Below, piece after piece: positions 23,568 through 35,244 of a stretch of DNA of 41,693 bases. The translations under genes and the position numbers were made by a program. The stretch is from Trichoplax sp. H2. Its lineage: Eukaryota. The stretch covers positions 186,001 through 227,693 of the forward strand of contig NOWV01000124.1 of NCBI GenBank assembly GCA_003344405.1, in the 5' to 3' direction. The notes under the pieces were generated by a model that saw nothing but the letters and a program-made list of their open reading frames with translations, was not told the DNA's origin and ran no database searches. Position 1 is the stretch's first letter. Each line of letters opens with the position of its first letter.

Positions 23568-24881
23568 ATGGCAGATAGTGATAGCAGCCAAGGAGAAAGT
23601 CAGTATGAAGACGCATATCCTGATAGTAAACAGATCAAAATTATGAAAAGTAATGAGAATCATTGTGTTCACGAGAAAAGCCTTAATCATGATCTTCTTT
23701 CCATATCACCACACTTACCTTGGCGATACGATGAATGGCTACCAGCAAATTGGTCAGAAGCCTTGCCACATCCGTTTAAAGGGTATCCTGGGATAAAATA
23801 CGATACTACTTTTTATGATGCAGTCCATTACTTTCAGTTATTTGTGCCCAACAGTCTATTTGATCAATTCGTTATGGCTACGAATCAGTTTGTGTCTCAA
23901 TTACTTGAACAGCAAAATGGCAATGGAGAAATTATTAAGCAATTAAAGCAGTTATGGGTCCCAACAACGATGATCGAAATGAAGAAATTTATTGGCTTGC
24001 TACTTTTAATGGGTATCATTGAGAAACCAAATGTTTTTCATTACTGGTCTCTTGATCCGCTTTACGAAACACCGCTATTCCAATCGATCATGACTAAGAA
24101 ACGCTTTATACTTTTATTGCGATGTCTACGCTTTAATGATGATCAGCATCGAAATGATAAAGACGAAATACTATGCGATCGGTTATGTAACATCAGGCCC
24201 TTACTTGATTATTTTAATCAAAAATTTAGATATGTCTATGATGCCGAACAGGATATTGCTCTTCATACATTAACTATTAAGGTTAAAAGAAAGCATATTT
24301 GTGAAGAAACAGCATCTCACGAAACGTTAGTCAATATAAAATTGCATTATTTACGTGAAAGTAAATCAGGCTATATGTTTCAATTTCAAGTATGCAATGA
24401 CGATAGTAAAACTTGTACTAGAAAGGTTTTCTCTATACCTACGGAAACTGAGAAATGGAATTTTAAGGAGAAATTAGCTTTATCTCTTCTGAAACCCTTT
24501 CTCGATCAGGGCTACAACGTTTATATGGATCAACATTTTACTTCCATTCCGCTTTTTGATTATCTTTATCGACGTAAAACCAATGCTTGCGGTATCATTT
24601 TACCTCAAAATCTACCGCCTACAATTGAAAATCTTTTGAATCAAAGTCAAGAAGAAATGATCGCTTATCGTTCTGGTCCCTTACTTTGTCTCAAGTGGAG
24701 AAAAGAAGAGCCATTATGTATTCTTTCTAGCCTTCATAGTGATCTAACTACACAACAAGTTAATCATCAAGATCAGCCTAAAAAATCCAACGATATGCCC
24801 AATCATGATTTGAATAAGAAGAAAATTACGGCACTTCTTCGCTATGATCAAAACATGGATAATGCTTCCAAACAAGATCTG
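23568..24881 (+). CDS. piggyBac-derived protein (PGBD4-like, DDE_Tnp_1_7 domain), coding exon 1 of 3
   Basis: piggyBac motifs ATNQF, EMKKFIGLLLLMGI, YWS, MTKKRF..LLRCLRFND, IRPLLD, GYNVYMDQHFTS, TNACG, LKW. Phase-0 donor CTG|GTTAGT at 24882; the supplied ORF reads on into the intron. Confidence 0.88.
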
Positions 24882-25033
24882 GTTAGTTCAGCATACTTGA
24901 GAGTATTTTTGTAACCTAATTTTCAGTCAGATATTGCTGAATTATTTCACATATAAATCTTGACTAGTTTAATTTAGAGCAGTATTTTCCATTTGTCGTA
25001 GCATCATCTGTCGTCAATTCCATTCTATTTTAG

Positions 25034-25186
25034 AGTATGAAATTACAACACGTGTCTGGAAAAGCTGTTAAATTAGGCAAGAAATTGGGCATCCAATTGC
25101 TCCAAGTATGCATGCGAAACGCCTTCATTATCTTTCAGAATGATAGATCTTACCTTGGCAAATCTTTTCTACAATTTCAACATGAT
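25034..25186 (+). CDS. piggyBac-derived protein, coding exon 2 (51 codons; absent from the ORF track)
   Basis: Acceptor ttctattttag| and donor |GTAAGG. Translates SMKLQHVSGKAVKLGKKLGIQLLQVCMRNAFIIFQNDRSYLGKSFLQFQHD, matching the piggyBac K..KKL...LL.....NA.I...F segment. Confidence 0.82.
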
Positions 25187-25788
25187 GTAAGGTTATTTTT
25201 GGGGTTGTGAATTTATAAAACCAATATGTAGTTATTGTGAGTCTGCCCTAGTTGCCTTGTAAATAATAGCATTATGGTAAGAAAACCAAATAGAATTTCT
25301 GTCTTTGGCTTAGGATATATTTTAAAAATTCACATATACATGAATGAACATGGTTTTAATACCCAGTTCATCGTCTAGCTGCTAAAAGGATAAAAAGTTC
25401 CGATCAGCTATTCGACATTCCCTTGTAGGAATATAGCGATCCAATTGAATATTAATTTAATAAAAAATAATAATATTTTAATTTAATGGAAATAATTACC
25501 AACAGGCACAAGATACTATGAGATTGCAATGCCTGTACTTGTAGAAATTAAAATTTTCCATAATTTATTGATGATACCATAGTTGCACTAGTCTCTGGTT
25601 GTATAGTTTCGCTTCTTCATTGTATCATTAATCGGCTATAAAATGATTCTGTCGTATGCACGATAATCCAACAATATCTGCTAGTGTGGACGAAGAACAA
25701 ACTCAACTTACATGCTGTACCTTCCGATCAACTGGAAATGAAGATATAACAGCATTAGTAACTGTATTTATTTGCCTTTGTTTATTAG

Positions 25789-26034
25789 GTGATTACTGAC
25801 CTACTATTTTGCGAGGAAAAAATGGAAATGGAAAAGAAAGAGGCTACTATTCGTTTGACAGGTCGTCATTTTATACAGCATTTAAAACCGTCCAAGTTTG
25901 CTTGTAGAGTCTGCTGTAGGAAAGGTACATTGAAATATGTCTATACTATTTGCTCTATATGCCCCAATGATATTGGCTTATGTTTGGATCCTTGTTTTCG
26001 ACTATTTCATACTATTTTGCGCTATTGGGAGTGA
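25789..26034 (+). CDS. piggyBac-derived protein, coding exon 3: C-terminal cysteine-rich zinc-finger domain
   Basis: Acceptor tttgtttattag|GTG. Encodes RLTGRHF...CRVC...CSIC...LC..PCF..FH, the piggyBac CRD (zf-Tnp_2-like) pattern, ending in TGA. Confidence 0.88.
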   Translation: MITDLLFCEEKMEMEKKEATIRLTGRHFIQHLKPSKFACRVCCRKGTLKYVYTICSICPNDIGLCLDPCFRLFHTILRYWE

Positions 26035-26048
26035 ATACCTGTGTAAGG

Positions 26049-27530
26049 CTTCAAATTTCAAATTGGCTTGTAAATCTGCAATATGAAAGTAATATTTAAA
26101 TATGCCAATTTGGATTCTTCAGTTTGTCCAAAAAATTATGGATTAGGTTTTAGCCGCTTCTTTTCGACCTTTTTATACCATTTTTCCATATCGAAATGAA
26201 AAAGTTCAAATTAGCTTGTAGAGTCTTCAGTAGAAAAGGCATATTAAAAGATGTTGGCAACATTATTTATTCATTTTGTTGAAATAATATTAGCTGACAC
26301 TTACATCCTTACTTTACACTTATCATACCGTTTTGGACTTTTGGAATTGATTAATTAATAGTTTTATATAGCAGTTCAAACTCCAGATTTGCTTGTAGGA
26401 TCTGTAGTTGGAAAGCTATGTTGAAATGCGTCTTTATTAGTTTGCTTGTCCAGTTTGTCTAAAACAATATAACGATATTCTTGCTTTCGACATTTTCGTA
26501 CTTTTTTGGATGATTTAACTCAGAGTTTTATGCAGTAGTTCAATTCGAAATTGGCTTGTGGAGTCTGCGGTAGGAAAGAAATATAATTATGCTCATACTG
26601 CTGTGTTTATTCAGCTTGATCAAGCGATCTTAGCTATATATAGGAAAGATGCATTGAAATGTATCCAAATTACCTTGCTTGGACAGTTTGTCTAAACAAT
26701 ATTAATTTAGGTTTATACCTTTGCTTTCGATATTTTCATACTGTTTTGAGTGATATAATGTAAACTTTTATCCGACAGTACTATTCGAAATCGGCTAGTA
26801 GAATGTACGTAGGAAAGAGACATAAATATGTCTACATACTACTGTACTTGTTTCGTTTTTCCAAGTGATGTTAGCTATACGTGTGTATCCTTACTTTCGG
26901 TCCTTCCATACTTTTGGCTTTGACAATGAGTAATTAACGTCCTATATGGCACTGATACTCAAAACTTGCTTGTTGAATCTATGGTCTAGTAGAATATGTT
27001 GTTACCATTTGTTCCGTTTGTCCCAGTGATAAGAGCTTATGTTAAAATCATTGCTTTCGAACTAGTCGCGTTCTTTGCCTTACTACTACTCAGTTCATCC
27101 AATGCGATCTAGTACAGTAAAATATTGTAAATTATGTTTATTGATGAAATAAAATGATGTGCTATACGATCGTTTCAGTTGAACCTAAGCATAATAAACA
27201 TTCAATACGTCGAAACATTTTACCTATTTGAAAATCTTAGAAATTTTGATTCGCTTGAATACGACAATTTAAAGTTAAAAAGATGGTACGAATCTTCATT
27301 GAATATGATGGTTATGAATTGGGAGGCATTTCAAATACCTCTCAATGCATTTACGCTATTCTAGGAGTAAACTAAAGAGTTCGAAAAATCTATAACTATG
27401 GAAATAGCAAGCATTCCAATTGATGGCATCAGGCATAGAATTCTTTAGCCATACCGTCCATACTACTGTATTTGCTCCAGTTATATGAGCTTATGTTCAG
27501 ATCCTTGCTTTTCAATTGATCGTCTTCTTT
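26049..27530 (+). repeat. ~7-8 degenerate tandem copies (~115-175 bp) of the zinc-finger coding sequence of exon 3
   Basis: Variants of ttgcttgtagagtctgctgtaggaaag and ccttgttttcgactatttcatact recur at ~26060, 26210, 26388, 26550, 26640, 26790, 26965 and (partially) ~27455-27530. All copies contain stops or frameshifts. Confidence 0.8.
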
Positions 27531-27875
27531 TTCCTGCTGGTATTCAGTTTTTATTCAATATGATCAAGTACAGAAATATTGTAAAATTATGTTTATTGAC
27601 GAAATAAAAATGATGTGCTGTATGATCGCTTCTGTTGAAGCAATACATAGTAAATATTTAATATTTCAAAAATATTTTACCTATATAAGAAATGTTAGAA
27701 ACAGAGTCAACCTTGATTTGCATGAATAGTAGAGTCTATAAAACAAAAGATGATACTAATCTTTTTTGAAAATGGTTAGTCATGAATTTGGAAGTATTTT
27801 TGTACACCTCTAATGATATTCATGCCATTACAAATTATATTATTCGAAAAATTAAAAACGATGAAAGCAAATATC
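27030..27875 (+). repeat. Two-copy ~455-bp degenerate direct duplication
   Basis: gagcttatgtt...agtacag..aaatattgtaaa.ttatgtttattga.gaaataaaa.tgatgtgct occurs at 27033 and 27487. Similarity extends to ttcgaaaaat at ~27380 and ~27843. Confidence 0.8.
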
Positions 27876-28629
27876 CAGGCACCTTTAATTAAAGTACTAT
27901 ACATTCTTCGCGATGTAAGCCATCGCAAAATATAGTACTAGAAAAATGAGCAATTAAGGAAATAACAAGTATCTCAGCTACCTCTAATTACATTTACTGT
28001 GATTCACGCCAACATAAATTATAGTGTTAAAAAATTAATAAACTAAAGAAACAACAGGTATCCCGGTCGATAGCTTGAGGCATAGAATTCTTTAATACGG
28101 TTCGTAGAGAAATGAATACTTTAGCGGCATTTTCAGCTAAATGGCCATTTTGATTGTAGTCATTTACATACATACAGGTTGTCTTCTTGCAACTCTTGTA
28201 ATTTATCTCGTAATTTAGTGCTAGCCTCAAATGTTGGATAAACTCTAGGCATGAACAGAATTAAAACACATAGCTTTAAATTTATTTTAAATCCTTAGTC
28301 ACTCATTGATTGACCTTTTAGCCGAACGTAATCGAAACTTTAGTAGCGCCCCAATTTTTCCTTATGGTAACTAATACAACGATTATAAATCAATTAAAAT
28401 AATACTATTACAAATGATTTAATGCAGTGCTAACATGAACAAATTTTAAAAACTTTTTTAATTCCTTACACCTAAACGATTTCATTAAAATAAATTATTT
28501 TCTAATAACTGAATTGCATATAAGATTAAAGTGATTGTAACGAATTGCAGTAGTAGTGTTTTGAAAGTAACATATTAATATGAATATAAGCTATAGATAT
28601 GGTACAAATATCGGTTAAACCTAATAGAG

Positions 28630-29005
28630 TATTTATAGATGAAGTGGTCGAAGAGATTATATCGAATTGGAAAGTACAGATATCCATCTTTTGAAGGTTA
28701 CATTTTACAGCGGATTTCCATTCAATGATTTACTGTTGGAATTAAATCAGAATAGTTTTTAATCCTTCAACAGGGTCGTTAAAAGGTTATGTGGCCAGAG
28801 AGATTGTAGCAAATTGGAAGGTTATAGACGTCGGCAATTTAAAGATTAGATTTTCCAACGGATTGCTATCGCATGGTCCAAAGTTGAAGTTCAATCAGGA
28901 TGGTTTTAATCCTTGAACACGGTTGTTAAAAACTTATGAAATCGGAAATTGTAGCAAATTGGAAAGTATAGATGTCAATATTCTGCAGATGACATTTTCC
29001 AAGAT
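28630..29005 (+). repeat. Degenerate tandem repeat, ~140-bp unit x ~2.5
   Basis: aattggaa(a/g)g at ~28665, 28812 and 28957; aatcag.at.gttttt?aatcctt.aaca.gg at ~28745 and ~28893. Confidence 0.7.
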
Positions 29006-29224
29006 AATTATTGGAACCAAGATTACCAATATAACGAAAAGCTATTCTTATAGTGCTATAAAAGAATATCTTAACTGTTTAGTTACACTTAAATCCTTTA
29101 ATATCAGAGAACTCTCTTGGTATTATGACGTAGAAGTGTATATTGGAAAAAAATTGCAGTAATTAATTGAGTTATTCTATTTGCAATGGCTTGTCTGTAT
29201 TTAGAATTGATCTCCAGTCTCGAC

Positions 29225-29490
29225 ACATTGTTGTTGTTAAGAGTATATTTAGCAGACTAACAATAATTTTAATCTATTTTATACTTCGGTCTCAATATAT
29301 TATTGTTAAGGATCTGTTAAGCAGACTAAGTAAACATTTAATCTACTTTATACTTCAGCCTCGATATACTTTTGCTAAGGACTATTAAGCAGAATAAGAG
29401 ACCTTTTAATCTATTTTATACTTCAGCCTAGACGTGGTGTTGTTAAGATTCTATTAAGCAAACTAAGAAAACTTTTAATCTATTTTATAC
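29225..29490 (+). repeat. Tandem repeat, 68-69-bp unit x 4
   Basis: g(t/c)taag at 29236, 29305, 29374 and 29442; each unit contains taagcagactaag and tttaatctattttatacttc variants. Confidence 0.88.
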
Positions 29491-30214
29491 GACTAGCTAT
29501 TATGCATAATGGCTAGTTATTGAGACTTTTAGAATAATATATGACACGGTATAGATGGTAAACTGACCACCATCCTTAAGAAAGGTGTCTGTGCTGTATT
29601 AAAATTTTTCGATAGCATCATTGTTTATCACTCAGCTACGTGGAATTGTTGACAGGAAGCTATGAAATATTACAAAATACGCATTATCACATTATATATT
29701 ATCCAATTAGGCTTCTATCGTAGAATCCAATTTATCAATCTCCATTCAATACTTTTACCATAGAAAACATCTGCTTCAATGTAGAAATAACAAAACTGAG
29801 TCACTGTTTGGAAAATAGTCAATAGCAGGAATGTACTTTTCTCTAATTTTCACCCACGCCTAACTATCCAATAGAGTCAATTAGGAGGTTGGACTTGAGA
29901 TGCATCCACTTGAATTATTTTTTAACTTGATGTTGTTATTGATTATATGATACTGAGAAGAAATCTTTATGTCATCGAAGACGCGGCATGAATCTAAAAC
30001 ATAAACAAGGAATAGCTATATACAACTAAAGTGTTCCGATTGTAGTAAAATAGGAAAAACTTTTCAATTTTGTATTGTCATATTTTGAATACATAGAGAG
30101 AAGGAAGGTGAAAAGACCCGTCTAGAACGATACAAGATATTCTTTGTAATTCAGTAAAAGAATGATTTTGAATACAATCGTATTTCATTTTATTCATAAT
30201 TACTTAGGCCTATA

Positions 30215-31410
30215 ATCAATAGAGGTTCAAATTTTAATATCTTCTAAATGTATCTAAAGATGACGATTTGATTACTTTTAGCTTAAGATATGGATTAGAA
30301 TAGGTTAGATTATAATTAATTTAATGACAGTCATGTCTAAGTTACTCATAATTTTCAGCCTTAAAATCAATTGACAGTCGAGCATAACCATTCTTTACGT
30401 TAGCTTATGGACAACAACTGGAAACTTTTAGTTTAATACCTGGATAGAAGGATGATGTAATAAACTTATAACAATCATTTTTAGCTTATTTAGAATAATT
30501 TAGCTTTAAAATAAAATGAATTGAAATTCAAACAAAATAGTGTACTCTAAAATAAATTGGCCATTAGATAACTTGAACGCCTAAACTCAAACATGGATAA
30601 AAAAACTATATAATTAATTTATAGACAACTTTGTTTATCTGAATCGTAATTGTTGATCCTTAAAATTCATTGAAATTTGAATTGAAAATGGCCTCCAAAA
30701 TGAATTAGTTCGTATCGCATTTAAAGTTGTGAGCTTCAAACCAGGATAAAAGATTAATATGAATAATTTAAGTACAACGTTAGTTATTTGATTCCTATTC
30801 AGGTTTAAAATTGACTGAAATTTAAATTTAAGAATGGCTTCTAAAATAAATTCGTTCTAATATGATTTGAAGTTCTGAGCTTTAAACATGCATAATATTG
30901 TCAGTAATAGAAATACAACCTTGATCATTTAATTCGTAGTCAAGTTTGAAATTAATTGGAATTTGAGTTCAATAATGGATACTAAAAATATGAATTCTTG
31001 TGTGATTATATATATACTATGCCTGAGCTGCTAATATAGATAAAATGATGACATTAATATTCTATATACAATCTTGCTCGTTTGACTCGTCATCAAGGCT
31101 AAAATTAATAGAAATTTGAGTTCGGTAGTAGACTTGTAAATAAATTATTTCTGATATGGTTTAAAGCTTTGGCTAAAGTTTAATATGGAGAAAAAACAAA
31201 TATTAATAATCAAAGTTCAATTTTATTCATTAGATTTACCATTAAAATAAAACAAACTTTGAACTCAGCAGAATACAATAAAGTAATTTACTTCTTTGAT
31301 GACTTTAAGACCTTGAATTCCAGAGTATACAAAAACACGATATAATCAATCCAAATACAATCTTACCCATTTAATTTATTATCATTTGCGTTTAAATTCA
31401 ATTGAAAGGC
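30215..31410 (+). repeat. Highly degenerate tandem repeat, ~145-bp unit x ~8
   Basis: aaaatRaatt / tgaaatttgaRtt / ggataaaa / tacaac motifs recur at about 30549, 30697, 30843, 30984, 31138 and 31280. Confidence 0.7.
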
Positions 31411-32723
31411 TATCTTTAATCCACCCTAAATTAGCATTATTCAATTGTTATTCGACTGGCTTTAAAAATAAAGCCAAAAATGAATACTTAGCCATGCAAC
31501 TAAAATAGATTATTTTTAGCTACTAATTTTTTTAATCCGTTTAACTAATCATGCATTAAAAAATGAAATATTATGGTAGACTGGAAGAACTCAAATTGGC
31601 TAAAATTAGGTCATCATGGCTAAAACCTGTTATCCTGTCACCTGGTCCACTACCCAATTTATCAGGGGTTAATGACTATCTAATAGATACTTATGCTTAC
31701 TATTGATAAAGAAGTAAAAACCTTTAACTTCACTGGATAATGTTTACAAGTAGGAAATACATCTAAGCCAAAAGTACCGTGTGCGACTAGATTACACTCA
31801 AATGTTGACGAAATATATTACTAAATGCCCCATGCATAACATAGTTTCTTGTTTCTGCCTTTTTTAAATGGTTTTATCCTCTCATAAATTGATATAGATG
31901 TATTAATCTGATTTTAACTAATTTTTCAATTAATGACGATCCAAACTTTATGCTTTCTTAGTTTAATTAGCAAACGGCCATTATAATGGAATAAATGAAA
32001 TAAACCGATGTAGATCTTTAGTATAGACAAATTATAATTCTAATATTAGCTTTTCGGTCCATCTATTATTCAAACCCCACAAATGCATTTTATCTATAGT
32101 AAATGATATCAATCAAGGCATCAAAAGCGTGAAAATTATTAAAGAGCAGAAAAAATCCAGCTAAGAATATTTTTACAATAGTTTAAGCTGATTAGTTTAA
32201 AAATCCAATACGTAAAAGATTGAACATGAATTGCGAGAACAGGAAATCAGTCTTAACAGATAGGTATCTAAATTATCGATTCATCCGGTCTGGATTCAAA
32301 GTAAAAATTTAGAGACAAGTTAAGTCTATATGGCCTAGATGCTTATTTAATCAAATTGTAAAGGAGATGACTATCTATATTACCACACATGGTAGAAGTT
32401 TGTTTAGAAATGATGTAGAGACATTTTGCGAAATAGACCAGACTAGACTATGTAGACATACTTAGCATCTCAATTGTGATGAACTTTGTAAACTCACTGT
32501 AAGAAGGAAGAGCTATACACAAGCAAGAAATTAGTCTTTAATAAATGTCTATCTTTAGCTATGTGCTCCTTCAGTTCACTCTAGTCTACATATTTTCTTA
32601 CTGAAAATGAACAAATAGTTTGAACTAGTTCGAAGGTAAACTAATTTTTATCCGTCAACTTTGCGACAATAAAGAAGAACACTAATATAAACATTTAGAG
32701 ACTTATTGTTAACGCTGAAATAA

Positions 32724-32762
32724 AGAATTTTTCAGAATTTTTCAGAATTTTTCGGAATTTTT
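32724..32762 (+). repeat. 10-bp microrepeat (agaatttttc) x ~4
   Basis: Read directly from the sequence. Confidence 0.85.
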
Positions 32763-35244
32763 TTCCATTTTAATGTAAATATTCAATTGGCGAATGTTAC
32801 CCTTTCGGCCGAGAAAACTTGTATATTTTTTCTGTCATTGCTTTCGTCTAGATATTGATTGGATAGGAAAGAATCAGTCGATGCTATTATCACGCAACGA
32901 TGAAAGATTTTTATTCCTTTGTTCTATATTTCTATTTAAATATTTATTACCTACCTATTTTATTCACGACTTAATGAAAGATTGATGTCAATACTAAGTA
33001 AATTTGAATATTGACTTGTAAAGCTATAGTAAAATATTCTATCCAGATGCCACGAAGGGTCAACGATCTACTGGATAGAAAAGGATATCATTTATTTTTT
33101 ATTATCACCATATGGCAAAATTAGACGGTTGCCGAATGCAATGATCGCTTTGTCATAGAATTGAATTGGTAGAAATTAAAAAATTTTTTAAGGCTACAAA
33201 TTTATGTTACTCTCGAGAATGACAGAACTATCGTTTTATCATTCCCATATGTCAAAATAAGTCATCGTAAATTACTTTGCATGTGAATTGGATTTATAGA
33301 GCCAGAGCTTTAAATTATTTGTTCTTTACGAAATAATGCAGTAATTTTGCTACTGGTAATTTTTGAAGACGTGCAGTAACTGTTGGTATAAGAATTGGAT
33401 ACCTTTACCAATTTCAAATTTGTATAGCATCGGAGAATAAAAGAACATCCTTTAATATCCGATAATATTATTGAGTTCTCACCTATTATAACTAGGTTGC
33501 ACTCTTGTTATTCAAAACTTTACTATCACAGCAATGACTTGAATAATATTGTTAACCTATTAAGATATTTTGATCATTTTTAAATCAAAGCCATCATAGG
33601 CAAGCATGAATTACCATCCGATAACGATGGAAGATATTGAGATATCTGTGGTACCGACTGACTTTGATTGATATTATTATCTTTATCAAGGAGTCGGAAC
33701 AAAATAATTATGGGATATAGATGCTTTATCATGATCTATGATTACTAACACATCAAAAGCTAAATATGTAACTTTTGAATCGATCACCATTATTATTGAA
33801 GGAACAAGGTTATCATCAAGATATTGTTACGATCATCATCGGATAGTTATACTTCCTCTTCCTCGTTATCTATCAATTAATTGATTATGTTATCGAGATA
33901 TAGCTATGAATACAATTTTCTCTATTGTGGATTTTTCCTTATTGAAACAAATTATGTCTTGCTATATATTATTGATTTAAATCACAATGTATGGAATATA
34001 AAAACGTATACAAGTACAATTGATATATAATTTACTCCTACGCTGACATCATTGATACTTCTCATTTTCAAGTTGAAATTGATGAAATTCGCATCGGTAT
34101 GGAAAATTTATTCGTTTTTAATAATTGCTAACGATTTAATTCATAAAAGTAGATCATGATTATTCTTGATACCGACAATAAGTAATTTTAACTTTAAAAT
34201 GAATAAAAAATTGTTCATTCATCCCTTGCCTATAAAGAGACGCAGCTGAAATTATTTAGGATTATTTTTCACCGGATTTAACCTGTTAAACTATTTCTAT
34301 CATAAATACCAAAAAAAGGTTTCCTTTTTTGATTCGATTTCCTACCAATTTTTACCTTACCAGGATGACCATAGTTGTAGTGGAATTTATAGAACAAACC
34401 ATAAGCTGCATCATCCGGTTACCTTATTCTCCCAAAGTTACTAAGCGGTGTTAGTGACTTTTTAAAGGTTTATTTAGGAAATAACGTCGGGTCGATATCG
34501 ATCAGTTTGAAGATTCCAAGTTTATCCCTCTTCCTTTGGAAAAATCATCTTCTATGATACATCTTACGATTTGCAACAGCAATTCTTTTCATCTATTTTA
34601 TCATTGGGGTGTTAAAAAGTTGTAGATCCATACATTATAAACTTGAACACGAGGTAAGCGTATAGTGGTTTAAATTGATTGAGCGTGGCGATATATTAAC
34701 GTCTCAGAATATCGGTGCTTTATACCATATTATTAGTAAATCACGGACTTCTATATTAAACTGCTCAATCTCTTAAATATGATGTTTGGTGTCGCTCTAA
34801 TTAGAAATTGATTGAAGCTAGATATTTTTATTTACGGTGACAACGACTTGAAAGCTTATTTCTATCAACTTTGTCGTCCATATAACAGTTATTAATAACA
34901 TCGGAAGTGAAAGCTAGCGTAAATTACTCTACCAAAATCTGTTTTCATCCCTAAAATTTGTCAACACCATTTACAAATATACCAGTTTGATCCGGTATTG
35001 GTTTGATATTTACAAAATAAAGAATTCCTCAGTCTTCAATATTAAAAAACCTATCTTCATTTGCTATCCATTCTACTATATTCTAAAATTTAATTATTGT
35101 TTAGCTAAATTAGTTCTTCATGAAATATTTGCCAAGAAAGAATAATTTTAATTTTATGTTCTTTAATGTAGAAAATTAACGAGAAAATCATCAAATTCTT
35201 TTGCCTCATATAACCGAAATCGAAAAGAAAATTACTTTGAAGAG

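Noticed and set aside
24882-24914. ORF-track C-terminus VSSAYLRVFL of the 448-aa ORF, and the separate 81-aa GTG-start ORF at 25789
   Set aside because: These are intron read-through and a terminal exon of one spliced gene, not independent proteins.
28923-29388. Short ORFs with LRR-like words (CSKLESIDV; LSRLSKHLIYFIL)
   Set aside because: They arise within 140-bp and 69-bp tandem repeats, frames are not maintained between units, and the LxxLxLxxN consensus is not met. A decayed LRR origin cannot be supported by eye.
4819-31672. TTAACCC (~4820) and GGGTTAA (~31666) as ends of a giant piggyBac element
   Set aside because: The inverted match does not extend beyond TTAACCC, and such 7-mers are expected by chance in AT-rich DNA.
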